IMG/VR virus record: IMGVR_UViG_3300050500_000418
DNA from: a virus
Reading direction: 5' to 3' (one strand)
Length of the DNA: 64,000 nucleotides
In this document: one piece after another, positions 40,173 through 49,026 of the stretch
Layout of the letters: each line of letters opens with the position of its first letter
Position numbering within the stretch: position 1 is the first letter of the stretch
Position numbers and translations under genes: made by a program
Notes under the pieces: model-generated
Database searches by the model: none
Seen by the model: only the letters and a program-made list of their open reading frames with translations
Told to the model about the DNA's origin: nothing

Positions 40173-41380
40173 TGCCCGGCCCCCACCGCGTCATCGTCGG
40201 CGAGCCCCCGGCAGAGCCGTCTCCCGCGGCGCCGCGCCGCTACGGTCGCCTCGTGCGCAACCACGACCCCTTCGCCCACCACCGCCGCTACGACGTGCCC
40301 CAGCTCCCCGGCGGGCGCCTCGAGGATGGCCAGGAGCGCCGACCGCAGGTCAACATCCTGGCGTGCGTGGACCGGTACCCGCCCATCCAGAACGCCGGCG
40401 CCGAGTGGATGCTCCACCACCTGCTGCGTGACAGCGTGCGCCGCGGGCACCGGGCCATCGTCGTCACGGCCACACCGGATGCGTACACCCTGGAGGGCGT
40501 CCGCGTCGTGCCCCACCGCGACCTCCACGAGCTGGCCCCCCAAGCCGACGTGATGGTGGGGCACCTCATGTGGACCCGTGAGGCCGTCGAGACGGCCGCC
40601 CTCTACCAGCGGCCCCTCGTGTACCTGGTGCACAACGACGCCCAGCTCCACCACTGGAAGCTCACGCCCGACAACCTGACGATCGCCGTGGCCAACTCCC
40701 GGTGGATCGGCGCCTCATCGGTGGCCAAGTGGGAGCAGGCCCGGGGCGCGGTGGGCCTGGTGCGGCCGCCGGTCCTCATCGATGACTACGCCCTCGCCCG
40801 GGACCCGTGGACGGCACCCTTCGTGACGCTCTCCAACCCCACGAAGGAGAAGGGCGCCGAGGTCTTCTACACCCTGGCCCGCCGGCCGCCGGCGCGCCGC
40901 TACCTGACCGTGGAGGGCGCCTACGGCGAGCAGACCCGCCCCAACCACACCACCCCGAACGTCACGTGGCAGCCCCAGACGGGCGACATGCTCAACGACG
41001 TGTACGCCCACACCCGCGTCCTCCTCGTGCCCTCCTGGTACGAGTCGTGGGGCCGCGTCGCCACCGAGGCGATGTGCTCGGGCATCCCCGTGATCGCGAA
41101 CCCCACCGACGGCCTCGTTGAGGCGCTGGGCACCGCCGGCATCTTCGTGGACCGGACCGACATCGACGGGTGGCAGGCCGTCCTCTCGATGCTCGACGAC
41201 GAGGACTACTACCGCCGGGTCAGCCTCGCCTCCTACCAGCGCGCCTCAGAGCTGACCCTCCAAGCGCAGGGTGACCTCAACGAGTGGAACCGCATCCTCG
41301 AGACGTGCGGCGCCCTCAACCCCTCCACCATGACCGCACCCCCGATCGCTGAGCCGGCGCAAGTAGCGTCACCGGTATGA
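40172..41380 (+). CDS. glycosyltransferase, GT4 / group-1 type
   Basis: ORF track; TGATG overlap; ..LLVPSWYESWGRVATEAMCSGIPVIA.. (E-x7-E region). Confidence 0.7.
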   Translation: MPGPHRVIVGEPPAEPSPAAPRRYGRLVRNHDPFAHHRRYDVPQLPGGRLEDGQERRPQVNILACVDRYPPIQNAGAEWMLHHLLRDSVRRGHRAIVVTATPDAYTLEGVRVVPHRDLHELAPQADVMVGHLMWTREAVETAALYQRPLVYLVHNDAQLHHWKLTPDNLTIAVANSRWIGASSVAKWEQARGAVGLVRPPVLIDDYALARDPWTAPFVTLSNPTKEKGAEVFYTLARRPPARRYLTVEGAYGEQTRPNHTTPNVTWQPQTGDMLNDVYAHTRVLLVPSWYESWGRVATEAMCSGIPVIANPTDGLVEALGTAGIFVDRTDIDGWQAVLSMLDDEDYYRRVSLASYQRASELTLQAQGDLNEWNRILETCGALNPSTMTAPPIAEPAQVASPV

Positions 41381-42006
41381 GTGCCCACGACCCGTACGCC
41401 CCCAAGTCAAAGGTCGGTCCCCACCGCGTCTACGTGGAGCCGCCCCCCGATCCGGCCGACCACGTGCCCGGCCACCCTGAGGACATCCTGGCCTTCCTCC
41501 GGGAGCCCGGCGCCGACCACGCCGAACGGTCCCGGCGCGTGGACCTCGTCGAGGAGGTGGAGCACGCCCGCCCCGGGCGCATGCGCTCCATCATCCTCAC
41601 GGCCGTCGCGTGGAACCGCGGCGTCATCACCGGCGCCACCGCCGACGGTGACGAGTCCTGGGAGGCCGCCATGCGCCAGGCCCTCGCCCAGGCTGGCAGC
41701 ATCCAGGACGCTCCCACCGAACCCGACGAGCAGTCCACCGAGGCCCCCGAGGCCGAGGAGCCCGCCGACGAGGCCGGTCCCCAGGACGCCCCCACCGATG
41801 AGGCCGAGGTGGCGCCCACCCCGCGGTACGCCAGCGACGACGTCCCCAAGAACGCGGCCGACGTGATCGTCTGGATCCAGAGCGCCGCCGATGAGGCCGA
41901 CGCCGCCGAGCGGTCCCAGGCCGCCTGGCTCGTCGAGCTCGCACGCCCCGAGATGCGGACCACCGTCAAGGCCGAGATCGACAAGCACCTCGACGACGAG
42001 GAGTGA
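41377..42006 (+). CDS. hypothetical acidic protein
   Basis: ORF track; ATGA overlap. Confidence 0.6.
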   Translation: MSAHDPYAPKSKVGPHRVYVEPPPDPADHVPGHPEDILAFLREPGADHAERSRRVDLVEEVEHARPGRMRSIILTAVAWNRGVITGATADGDESWEAAMRQALAQAGSIQDAPTEPDEQSTEAPEAEEPADEAGPQDAPTDEAEVAPTPRYASDDVPKNAADVIVWIQSAADEADAAERSQAAWLVELARPEMRTTVKAEIDKHLDDEE

Positions 42007-42632
42007 CCGCCCCCCGCATCGCCGTCGCCTTCATCAGCGACCGCGGAGACCTGCACCTCCCGGACTGCCGCGAGAGTTACCGCGAGCACATCCTCCCCAG
42101 CCTGGCCGCCGCCCCGGTGGACCTCTCGACGCTCATCGTGGATGACCAGGAGCACCACCTGGGGATGGCCGGCGCCGTCCAGACGGCCTGGGCCTGGGCC
42201 CTCGCCGAGGGCGCCGACTACCTCCTGCACATCGAGGAGGACTTCCGCTTCGCTGGTCCCGTTGACGTGTGGCACATGGCCAGCATCCTGGAGCGCTCCA
42301 CCTACCTGGCCCAGATGTGCCTCAAGCGCCAGCCCTGGTCACCTGAGGAGCGGGCCGCCGGTGACATCTTCGCCACCTGGCCCCCCCACGAGCTGCGCCA
42401 GCGGCAGGGCTTCCTCGTGCAGGGGCGCCTCTTCTCACTCAACCCGTGCCTCATCCCCCGCCGCATCCTTGAGTTGGAGTGGCCTTCCGGTCCCCTCGGT
42501 GTGGGCAACGAGGCTGGCTTCACCCAGCGGTGCCTCGACCAGGGCCTGAGCTTCGGGTACTACGGCCGCCGCGACGACCCGCCCCGCGTCATCCACGTGG
42601 GTGACACTCGCGGCGAGGGGTGGCGCCTGTGA
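42003..42632 (+). CDS. putative GT-A-fold glycosyltransferase
   Basis: ORF track; GTGA overlap; ..VDDQEHHLG.. and ..HIEEDF.. acidic motifs; tentative. Confidence 0.45.
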   Translation: MTAPRIAVAFISDRGDLHLPDCRESYREHILPSLAAAPVDLSTLIVDDQEHHLGMAGAVQTAWAWALAEGADYLLHIEEDFRFAGPVDVWHMASILERSTYLAQMCLKRQPWSPEERAAGDIFATWPPHELRQRQGFLVQGRLFSLNPCLIPRRILELEWPSGPLGVGNEAGFTQRCLDQGLSFGYYGRRDDPPRVIHVGDTRGEGWRL

Positions 42633-43333
42633 GGATCATTGATGTCACCCGGGGCCGGTACACCTTCGCCGTCATGGACGATGACCAGACCCGATCTTGG
42701 AACTTCTGGGAGCAGCAGTACGCCTCTGGCGTCTGGGAGCCCCAGGTCCTGGAGGCCATCCATCGGCACCTCACGGATGGTGGCACCTATCTGGACATCG
42801 GCGCCTGGGTTGGCCCGACCGTCCTGTGGGGCGCCCAGCGAGCCGACCACGTCATTGCCATCGAGCCCGACCCCTACGCCGTGCCCGTCCTCCTATCGAA
42901 CGTGGCCATGAACGCGGAGAACGTGAGCATCTGGCCCGCCGCCGTCACCAACGGCATCGTCGGGTCCATCATCCTCCGCAACCGGGCTGACTGGGGCAAC
43001 TCCGGGTCCACGACGATCGCCCCCGAGTTGTACCTCCGCCACTCCGAGGGGGAGGCGCCGATCATCCAAGAGGTGACGGCACCGGCCGTGGACATCGGCG
43101 ACGTCCTGGCCCGCGCCGGCCAGGACCTGGCCCTCGTGAAGATCGACATCGAGGGAGGCGAGGCGGACATCCTGGGGCGCCTCACGGATGTGCGCTGCCC
43201 CATGATCATCTCCATGCACTGGCCGTGGATCGCCGACCGCGACGGAGCCATGGCCGACCTTCGAGCGCTGGGCAAGCTCACCCTCCTGGAGGACTCCGAC
43301 GGGCGCTTCCCTGCCTACCTCGTGAGGCCGTGA
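42629..43333 (+). CDS. FkbM-family methyltransferase
   Basis: Frame of ORF-track 42620..43333 (GTG 42629 gives GTGA overlap); ..YLDIGAWVGPT.., ..IAIEPDP.., ..LVKIDIEGGEADIL.. Confidence 0.7.
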   Translation: MRIIDVTRGRYTFAVMDDDQTRSWNFWEQQYASGVWEPQVLEAIHRHLTDGGTYLDIGAWVGPTVLWGAQRADHVIAIEPDPYAVPVLLSNVAMNAENVSIWPAAVTNGIVGSIILRNRADWGNSGSTTIAPELYLRHSEGEAPIIQEVTAPAVDIGDVLARAGQDLALVKIDIEGGEADILGRLTDVRCPMIISMHWPWIADRDGAMADLRALGKLTLLEDSDGRFPAYLVRP

Positions 43334-43360
43334 TCGGCCGGGTTGCGCGCACGGGTGGTC

Positions 43361-43374
43361 ACCCGGGTTAGGGT
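43361..43374 (+). promoter_or_regulatory. half-cassette ACCCGGGTTAG with -10 TAGGGT; leadered transcript
   Basis: Right half of palindrome; SD GGAAGGAAG precedes ATG 43410. Confidence 0.4.
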
Positions 43375-43409
43375 CGCTGGCTTACCAACCCCCCAGGGAA
43401 GGAAGCCCT

Positions 43410-44087
43410 ATGCGCTCGCTCCGAGCCATCCTGGCCCTCGTGGCCCTGACGCTGGGCCTGACCATCGGTGTGGCATCGTCCGCCTCGCCAGCATCGGCCA
43501 GCCCCCAGACGCAGAAGCCCCCATGCTCCAGCCCCGACGTCGACTGCGATGGGGAGTCCAGCGACGACGCCGAGCCCGGCAACCGGTGCACCTTCGACCA
43601 CGACGGCGACGAGTCCACCCCGGACCTCATCGGTGAGATCGACGAGGAGGGCCGGTGCGTGTGCGCCGAGCCGCCCCCGACGACGACCTCCACCACAGCC
43701 CCACCCACGACGACGTCCACGACCGTGGCCCCAACCACGACCTCTACCATCCTGACGACCTCCACCACGATGCCTCCCCTCCCGGCCACGACCTCCACGA
43801 CGGCCGGCGACGCCAACCTGTACCAGGACTGCGACGACGTGCGCGCCGCGGGCCGAGCGCCCCTCGCCTCCGGTGACGTGGGCTACCGCCCCGGCCTCGA
43901 CGCTGACGGTGACGGCGTCGCCTGCAACGAGCCGTCCTTCGTCGCCGCCCCGCAGACGCCCACCTCAACAGGGCAGTTGCCCCAAACCGGCTCCACGACC
44001 GGCCCCATGGTGGCCACCGGAGCGGGCCTCATCGCTGCGGGCGGCACCATCATGGCCATCGCCCGCCGCCGCCTTCGGGCGGCCTGA
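43410..44087 (+). CDS. secreted LPXTG-anchored surface protein with Excalibur-type calcium-binding domain
   Basis: ORF track; signal peptide; T/P-rich linker; ..DCDDVRAAGRAP..DADGDGVACNE.. C-terminal LPQTG + hydrophobic stretch + RRRLR. Confidence 0.75.
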   Translation: MRSLRAILALVALTLGLTIGVASSASPASASPQTQKPPCSSPDVDCDGESSDDAEPGNRCTFDHDGDESTPDLIGEIDEEGRCVCAEPPPTTTSTTAPPTTTSTTVAPTTTSTILTTSTTMPPLPATTSTTAGDANLYQDCDDVRAAGRAPLASGDVGYRPGLDADGDGVACNEPSFVAAPQTPTSTGQLPQTGSTTGPMVATGAGLIAAGGTIMAIARRRLRAA

Positions 44088-44100
44088 GTCCTCCGCTGGC

Positions 44101-44119
44101 GGGGCGCCTCTTACGCCCC
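44101..44119 (+). terminator. weak hairpin
   Basis: 6-bp stem GGGGCG/CGCCCC, then ATTCGAGG. Confidence 0.3.
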
Positions 44120-44165
44120 ATTCGAGGTGCCCCGCCACCGGCCCCGCCCGGGATACCGTCCCGGG

Positions 44166-44774
44166 ATGATCGCTGTCCTCGGGGCCGGCCCGCACGGCCG
44201 CCAGATCGCCGCCATCCTCCGCGACGAGGGCCGAGGCCCGGTCCTCTACGATGACGACCAGGGCCAGCACCCCCACCTCCTGGACTGCGTAGAGGGCGCC
44301 AAGACGCACCCCTGGATCGCCGGCCAAGCATGGCCCGAGCAGCGCCGGGCCCTCGTCCAGCGCCTCTACGACCGGCGCATCGTGGGACCCCGGGGCGGCG
44401 GCGTCATGCTCTGGCCCGGCGCTCACCTCGGCGATGAGGTGACCATCGGCCACCACACCCACATCCAGTACAACGCCGTCATCGCCCACGGATCGAGCGT
44501 CGGCGAGTTCACCCTCATCTGTGCCGGGGCCGTCCTGGGCGGGGACACGACCGTCGGCCCTGACGTCGTCATCGGATCCAACGCGACCGTGTCCCACGGC
44601 GGCATCACCATCGGCGCCGGGGCCTTCGTCGGGGCCGGCGCCGTGATCATCGATGACGTGCCCCCGGGGGCAGTGGTCGCCGGTAACCCCGGTAAGGTCC
44701 TGGCGTATGACTGGTCCTACCGAGACATGGCGCAAGGCCGCCGAGGACGCGCTGGGGTGGCTCCACCCCTCTGA
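44166..44774 (+). CDS. sugar O-acyltransferase, NeuD/PglD-like (left-handed beta-helix)
   Basis: ATG 44166 in frame of ORF-track 44127..44774; N-terminal IAVLGAGPHG then hexapeptide repeats ..VGAGAVIIDDVPPGAVVAGNPG.. Confidence 0.65.
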   Translation: MIAVLGAGPHGRQIAAILRDEGRGPVLYDDDQGQHPHLLDCVEGAKTHPWIAGQAWPEQRRALVQRLYDRRIVGPRGGGVMLWPGAHLGDEVTIGHHTHIQYNAVIAHGSSVGEFTLICAGAVLGGDTTVGPDVVIGSNATVSHGGITIGAGAFVGAGAVIIDDVPPGAVVAGNPGKVLAYDWSYRDMAQGRRGRAGVAPPL

Positions 44775-45315
44775 GGGCCCCGAGCTGGCCCGTCACGCCG
44801 CGATGGCCGCCCAGGCCCACCCCGGCCTGCCCCTCGTGGAGATCGGCGGCTACGCCGGCAAGAGCGCCTGCTGGATCGGCGAGGCCGCCCGCCAGCACAG
44901 CACCATCCTCTACTCGGTGGACTGGCACCGCGGGTCACCGGAGATGGCCCCGGGCCGCGAGTGCCACCACCCCGAGATGGTCGGCCCCGACGGGCGCTTC
45001 AACAGCCTGCCCTTCTTCCAACGGACGATGCACGTGGCCGGCCTCGAGGACCACGTCGTGCCCGTCGTGGGCAAGTCCGGCATCGTGGGCCGCCGCTGGC
45101 AGACGCCCATCAGCTTCCTGTTCATCGACGGTGGCCACGACGACCAGACCGTCATGGACGACTTCCTCATCTGGGCGCCCCGCATCGCTCCCGCCGGCAT
45201 CCTCGCGTTCCACGACGTGCCCATCCCCGGCATCCAGGCCACCGTCGACCAGGCCATCAACGGGGGCTTCGCTCCCCTCCAGCGCGTCGATGACGCCCTC
45301 TTCCTGCGCCGCTAG
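44707..45315 (+). CDS. class I SAM-dependent methyltransferase (Methyltransf_24-like)
   Basis: ATG 44707 in frame of ORF-track 44653..45315 (start uncertain); ..LVEIGGYAGKS.., ..FIDGGHD.., ..GILAFHDV.. Confidence 0.55.
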   Translation: MTGPTETWRKAAEDALGWLHPSEGPELARHAAMAAQAHPGLPLVEIGGYAGKSACWIGEAARQHSTILYSVDWHRGSPEMAPGRECHHPEMVGPDGRFNSLPFFQRTMHVAGLEDHVVPVVGKSGIVGRRWQTPISFLFIDGGHDDQTVMDDFLIWAPRIAPAGILAFHDVPIPGIQATVDQAINGGFAPLQRVDDALFLRR

Positions 45316-45390
45316 CCGTGAAGCTCATCGCCATCAGCTCATGACCGGGGCGCAGGTCCCACTCGCCAAGTCCTTGGAAGGAGCCGACTC

Positions 45391-46143
45391 TTGCTTATAG
45401 CTATAACGATGGTCCGGGATGAGGCGGACATCCTCCCGTGGACGCTTGAGCACATGCTCGCCCAAGTCGACCACGTGATCATCGCTGACAACCGGTCCGT
45501 GGACGGGTGCGTCGAGGCCGCCATCGCGTACGCCGAGCGGAACATGCCGCCGCCCACCACCACTTCCCGCGTCACCGTCATCGAGGACCCCGAGCCCGCC
45601 TACTACCAGGATGACAAGATGACGGGCCTGGCCCACCAGGCGTGGCAGATGGGCGCCACCTGGGTCGTGCCCTGGGACGCGGACGAAGCGTGGTACCACC
45701 TCGACCAGCTCCGCGAGGACCCGCCCTACGACATCTTGACGGCCCGCCCGTACGTGATGGTCCCCCAACCCGGCGACGATGCTGACGACCCCAACCCCAT
45801 CACCCGGATGTTGTGGCGCACCCCCGGCCCCGAGCCCCTCCCGAAAGTCGTCTTCCGGGCCAACCCCTACGCCCGACTTCACATGGGCAACCACGGCGTA
45901 GACGGCGCCGGCCACCGCGTCCACCACCACGCCCTCGGCTGCCGCCACTACCAGTTCAGGAGCCTCGACCACCTGCGCCGCAAGATCCGCAACGGCATGG
46001 AGGCGTACAACGCCGCCGGAGCAGCCCGCGCATCATCAGGGTCCTACTGGCGCGACCTCGCCGGCATGGCCGCCGCCGGCACCCTGGACGCCTGGTGGGA
46101 CCAGTACGTCACCCAGCCCCTCATCCACGACCCCGACGCGTAA
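45391..46143 (+). CDS. glycosyltransferase family 2-like protein
   Basis: ORF track (TTG start, SD GGAAGGAG 6 nt upstream); ..ITMVRDEADILPWTLEHML..VDHVIIADNRSVDG.. Confidence 0.5.
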   Translation: MLIAITMVRDEADILPWTLEHMLAQVDHVIIADNRSVDGCVEAAIAYAERNMPPPTTTSRVTVIEDPEPAYYQDDKMTGLAHQAWQMGATWVVPWDADEAWYHLDQLREDPPYDILTARPYVMVPQPGDDADDPNPITRMLWRTPGPEPLPKVVFRANPYARLHMGNHGVDGAGHRVHHHALGCRHYQFRSLDHLRRKIRNGMEAYNAAGAARASSGSYWRDLAGMAAAGTLDAWWDQYVTQPLIHDPDA

Positions 46144-46152
46144 GGACGACCC

Positions 46153-46674
46153 GTGCACCTCGACGCCCGCCAGTGGGTAGAACGCTTCGCCGCCGCCGGC
46201 CACCAGGCCCGCATCCTGGATGTGGGCGGCCGCAACATCAACGGCACCGTCCGGGACCTCTTCACCCCCGCCAGCTACACCACCCTGGACATTCGCCCAG
46301 GCCCCGGCGTCGACGTGCAGTGCGACTTCCTGCACTACCACGGCGAGGCCGAGCCCTTCGACATGATCCTTCACCTGGAGGTCGCCGAGCACACCCCCGA
46401 CTGGCGCGACCACCTCACCCACGCCTCCACCCTCCTCCGCCCGGACGGGTACCTCATCTTCACCGCTGCGGGCCCCGGGCGTCTGCCCCACTCGGCCGAG
46501 GATGGCGGGGCCCTCCGGCCCGGCGAGTTCTACGAGAACATCGACTCCACAGAGCTGTCCGGCATCCTGTCCCGGTCCTACTCATCGGCCGTCGTGCGCG
46601 AGGCCCGCGGCGTCCCGGCCGCGTTGCGGCCCGGCGCCCAGCACGGCGACGTTTACGCCACCGCCAGGCGCTGA
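46153..46674 (+). CDS. class I SAM-dependent methyltransferase
   Basis: ORF track; ..ILDVGGRNINGT.., ..FDMILHLEVAEH.., ..LRPDGYLIFT.. Confidence 0.6.
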   Translation: MHLDARQWVERFAAAGHQARILDVGGRNINGTVRDLFTPASYTTLDIRPGPGVDVQCDFLHYHGEAEPFDMILHLEVAEHTPDWRDHLTHASTLLRPDGYLIFTAAGPGRLPHSAEDGGALRPGEFYENIDSTELSGILSRSYSSAVVREARGVPAALRPGAQHGDVYATARR

Positions 46675-46676
46675 CC

Positions 46677-47300
46677 GTGGAGATCGCCGCCATCTGCGTC
46701 AGCCTCCCCTCACGCGGGGACCTGCTGGCCGAGGCCATCGACAGCGTGTACCGCCAGACCCGCCAGCCCGACCACCTCCTCATCGGCGTCGACTACGCCG
46801 GCGTCGGTGAGGTGATGAACATGAACCGCCTCCTGGAGGCGGCCGACCGATCCTCCGGGCAGGACGCCACCGAGCTCGCCTACGCCTTCCTCCACGACGA
46901 TGACACGTGGACGCCCCGCCACCTGGCCATCGCCGAGGAGCACCTCGACGCTGGCCACGACGTGATCGTCGCGGACTGCACCACCACCGGCGGCCGCCCG
47001 CCCCTCGTGCGCCGCTGCGCCGGTGAGGTCGCCGGGGATCCCCGCACCAACTTCGCGGACATCATGCGGGACAATTGGTTCGTCCCCTCCATGGTCGTGG
47101 CCCGCGCCTCAGCCTTCGGTCGGTGGGTGGACGCTGAGCCGGCGCCGCCCGGCTCGCTACCCGGGTCCGGCACGTGGATTGACTGGACGAACTGGCGGCG
47201 CCTCGTCACCTCTGGCGCCCGCTTCTACGCCACCGGCCAGCGCACCGTCTTCTACCGCTTCGGCGACTGGAACGAGGGCAGGTCATGGAGCCCGTCGTAG
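46677..47300 (+). CDS. glycosyltransferase family 2
   Basis: GTG 46677 in the 3' part of ORF-track 45813..47300; ..ICVSLPSRGDLLAEAIDSVYRQT.. and DDD motif. Confidence 0.65.
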   Translation: MEIAAICVSLPSRGDLLAEAIDSVYRQTRQPDHLLIGVDYAGVGEVMNMNRLLEAADRSSGQDATELAYAFLHDDDTWTPRHLAIAEEHLDAGHDVIVADCTTTGGRPPLVRRCAGEVAGDPRTNFADIMRDNWFVPSMVVARASAFGRWVDAEPAPPGSLPGSGTWIDWTNWRRLVTSGARFYATGQRTVFYRFGDWNEGRSWSPS

Positions 47301-48010
47301 ACCTCATCGTGCCCGTGCTGTGGCGCCCCGACAGCGCCCGGCCCTTCGTGCACAGCCTCCGCGAGAGCGTGGACATGGACAGGGTCGCCCTCGTCGCGAT
47401 CGCGTCGGAGCGGGACGTGGCCACCGCACGCGCCTGGCAGCAAGTAGGTGCTGACGTGATGGTCTGCGACGAGCCGGGGACCTTCTCGAGGAAGGTGAAC
47501 CTGGCGTACCGCCAGATCCCCGACCTCGGGACGCCAGCCCCGTGGATGCTCCTCCTCGGCGATGACGTGCGCTTCCACGCGGGGTGGCTCGATGAGGTCC
47601 TGACCGTCGCCCAGGAGACGGGCGCCAGCGTCGTGAACACGAACGACCTGGGCTTCCACAAGGACGCCGCCGGCCCCTCCCACCCCCTCATCTCCCGGGC
47701 CTACGTGGACGCCTACGGCGCCAGCTTCGACGGCCCGGGCGTCGTGTGCCACGAGGGCTATCGGCACTACTACGTCGACGCTGAGATCATGGCCGCAGCG
47801 AAGAACCGGCACCCCGACGGGCGCACGGGCGCCCCCGACGAGGGCCCCAACATGTGGGCCAAGGCCCCCAAGGCCATCATCCAGCACCTCCACCACGTCT
47901 TCGGGACGGCCCCCGTCGACGCCACCTACCAACTCGCCACTGACGGCCTCCACGTCGACAGGGACCTGTTCTACGCCCGCCTGGCCGAGCACCGGCCCCC
48001 GCCCCAGTGA
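47285..48010 (+). CDS. glycosyltransferase family 2-like protein
   Basis: ORF track; ..LIVPVLWRPDSARPFVHSL.. and ..LLLGDDVRFHAGWL.. Confidence 0.55.
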   Translation: MEPVVDLIVPVLWRPDSARPFVHSLRESVDMDRVALVAIASERDVATARAWQQVGADVMVCDEPGTFSRKVNLAYRQIPDLGTPAPWMLLLGDDVRFHAGWLDEVLTVAQETGASVVNTNDLGFHKDAAGPSHPLISRAYVDAYGASFDGPGVVCHEGYRHYYVDAEIMAAAKNRHPDGRTGAPDEGPNMWAKAPKAIIQHLHHVFGTAPVDATYQLATDGLHVDRDLFYARLAEHRPPPQ

Positions 48011-48294
48011 CGGGCAACGGCTGCCCCGTGGAGGGGTGCACCGCCAGCCTGGGACGGGGGAGCTACCGGGAGCGCCACATCCGCCAGCCCCACGTCCGAT
48101 GCTCGTGCGGCTGGGTCGGGATGGCCAAGTCCTTCCGGTCCCACGTGGGGAGCATCCGCCGAGCGGACCGGGCCCTCGGCCGCGAGTCCGTGCCCCATGA
48201 GCGGGCCGCCGTGCTGCGCGACCACCTCCGGCCGCCGGTACTCCCGGCACCGGTCCCGCCGCCGGCCGACTCTCGGCCCGTCATCGAGATCTAA
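48007..48294 (+). CDS. small Cys/His (zinc-finger-like) protein
   Basis: ORF track; GTGA overlap. Confidence 0.5.
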   Translation: MTGNGCPVEGCTASLGRGSYRERHIRQPHVRCSCGWVGMAKSFRSHVGSIRRADRALGRESVPHERAAVLRDHLRPPVLPAPVPPPADSRPVIEI

Positions 48295-48319
48295 CCCCGG
48301 CTAGCGCCGGCACCCTCGG

Positions 48320-48325
48320 TACCGT
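48320..48325 (+). promoter_or_regulatory. -10-like TACCGT 6 nt before GTG 48332 (possible leaderless start), preceded by degenerate palindrome CTAACCCCGGCTAG (48291-48304)
   Basis: Layout matches 19348/19362 and 50901/50914. Confidence 0.3.
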
Positions 48326-48331
48326 GGGCAC

Positions 48332-48562
48332 GTGGACAAGCGCCTGTGCTTCCACCGACGCGAGACGTGCCTCTTCTGCTGGCCCGACGATGACGGCCGG
48401 CCGCCCATCGTGCGCGTCCGCCCCCACTTCTGCTGCCCGTGCTGCGGCCGTCCCGTGGGCACCCGCGCCCCGGCCGGGTGCTGCGGCTCCTGCACGAGCA
48501 AGGGCGTCGTCGCTCTGCGCCTCCCCGGCCACACCCGACGCCGGCGCCGGAGGGCAGCGTGA
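48332..48562 (+). CDS. small Cys-rich protein
   Basis: ORF track; very high GC3; 10 Cys in 76 aa. Confidence 0.55.
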   Translation: MDKRLCFHRRETCLFCWPDDDGRPPIVRVRPHFCCPCCGRPVGTRAPAGCCGSCTSKGVVALRLPGHTRRRRRRAA

Positions 48563-48987
48563 CCGTCAGAGCCGACCGCCTCATCAACGGCCTCCGCTCA
48601 GTCGGCCCCCGCATCCTGTCGGCCGCCATCGACGAGACCGTCGACCAGGCGCGCCGTCACCCCTTCGTGCCCCACGACAAGGGCCAACTCCGAGGGAGCA
48701 TCCGCCGCGACCCCGGCATCATCCTCGCTGGCCCCGTGAGCAGGGGCAAGGTCCGAGCCCCCGTCATCCAAGCCACCACCACGGACAAGGGCGCCCGACC
48801 CCACGTCATCCGGCCCCGCAACCCGGGCGGCCTCCTCGTCTTCTACTGGCCCAAGGCCGGGCAAGTCGTGGCCCTCAAGAAGGTAAACCACCCCGGCAAC
48901 CTGCCCATGCCCTGGTGGCGCGACGTCATCACCCAGAGCTACCGCCAGGCCCTGCCCATCGCCGCCCGCCGCGTCTTCCCCCAGTGA
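48559..48987 (+). CDS. HK97-gp10-like tail-completion/neck protein
   Basis: GTG 48559 (GTGA overlap) in frame of ORF-track 48439..48987; ..RRHPFVPHDKGQLRGSI.. pattern. Confidence 0.55.
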   Translation: MTVRADRLINGLRSVGPRILSAAIDETVDQARRHPFVPHDKGQLRGSIRRDPGIILAGPVSRGKVRAPVIQATTTDKGARPHVIRPRNPGGLLVFYWPKAGQVVALKKVNHPGNLPMPWWRDVITQSYRQALPIAARRVFPQ

Positions 48988-48989
48988 CC

Positions 48990-49019
48990 TTGACCGAGGC
49001 CCCTAACCCGGGTTAGTGT
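48990..49019 (+). promoter_or_regulatory. cassette: -35 TTGACC, CTAACCCGGGTTAG, -10 TAGTGT
   Basis: Exact palindrome; 18-nt spacing; ATGAGCAC at 49027. Confidence 0.7.
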
Positions 49020-49026
49020 CGTCGGC

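Noticed and set aside
45813-47300. 495-aa + strand ORF spanning three annotated genes
   Set aside because: Most of it is an alternative frame over the GT2 (45391..46143) and methyltransferase (46153..46674) genes and gives an Arg/Pro-rich nonsense-like product. Only its last 207 codons (from GTG 46677) look like a real GT2 protein.
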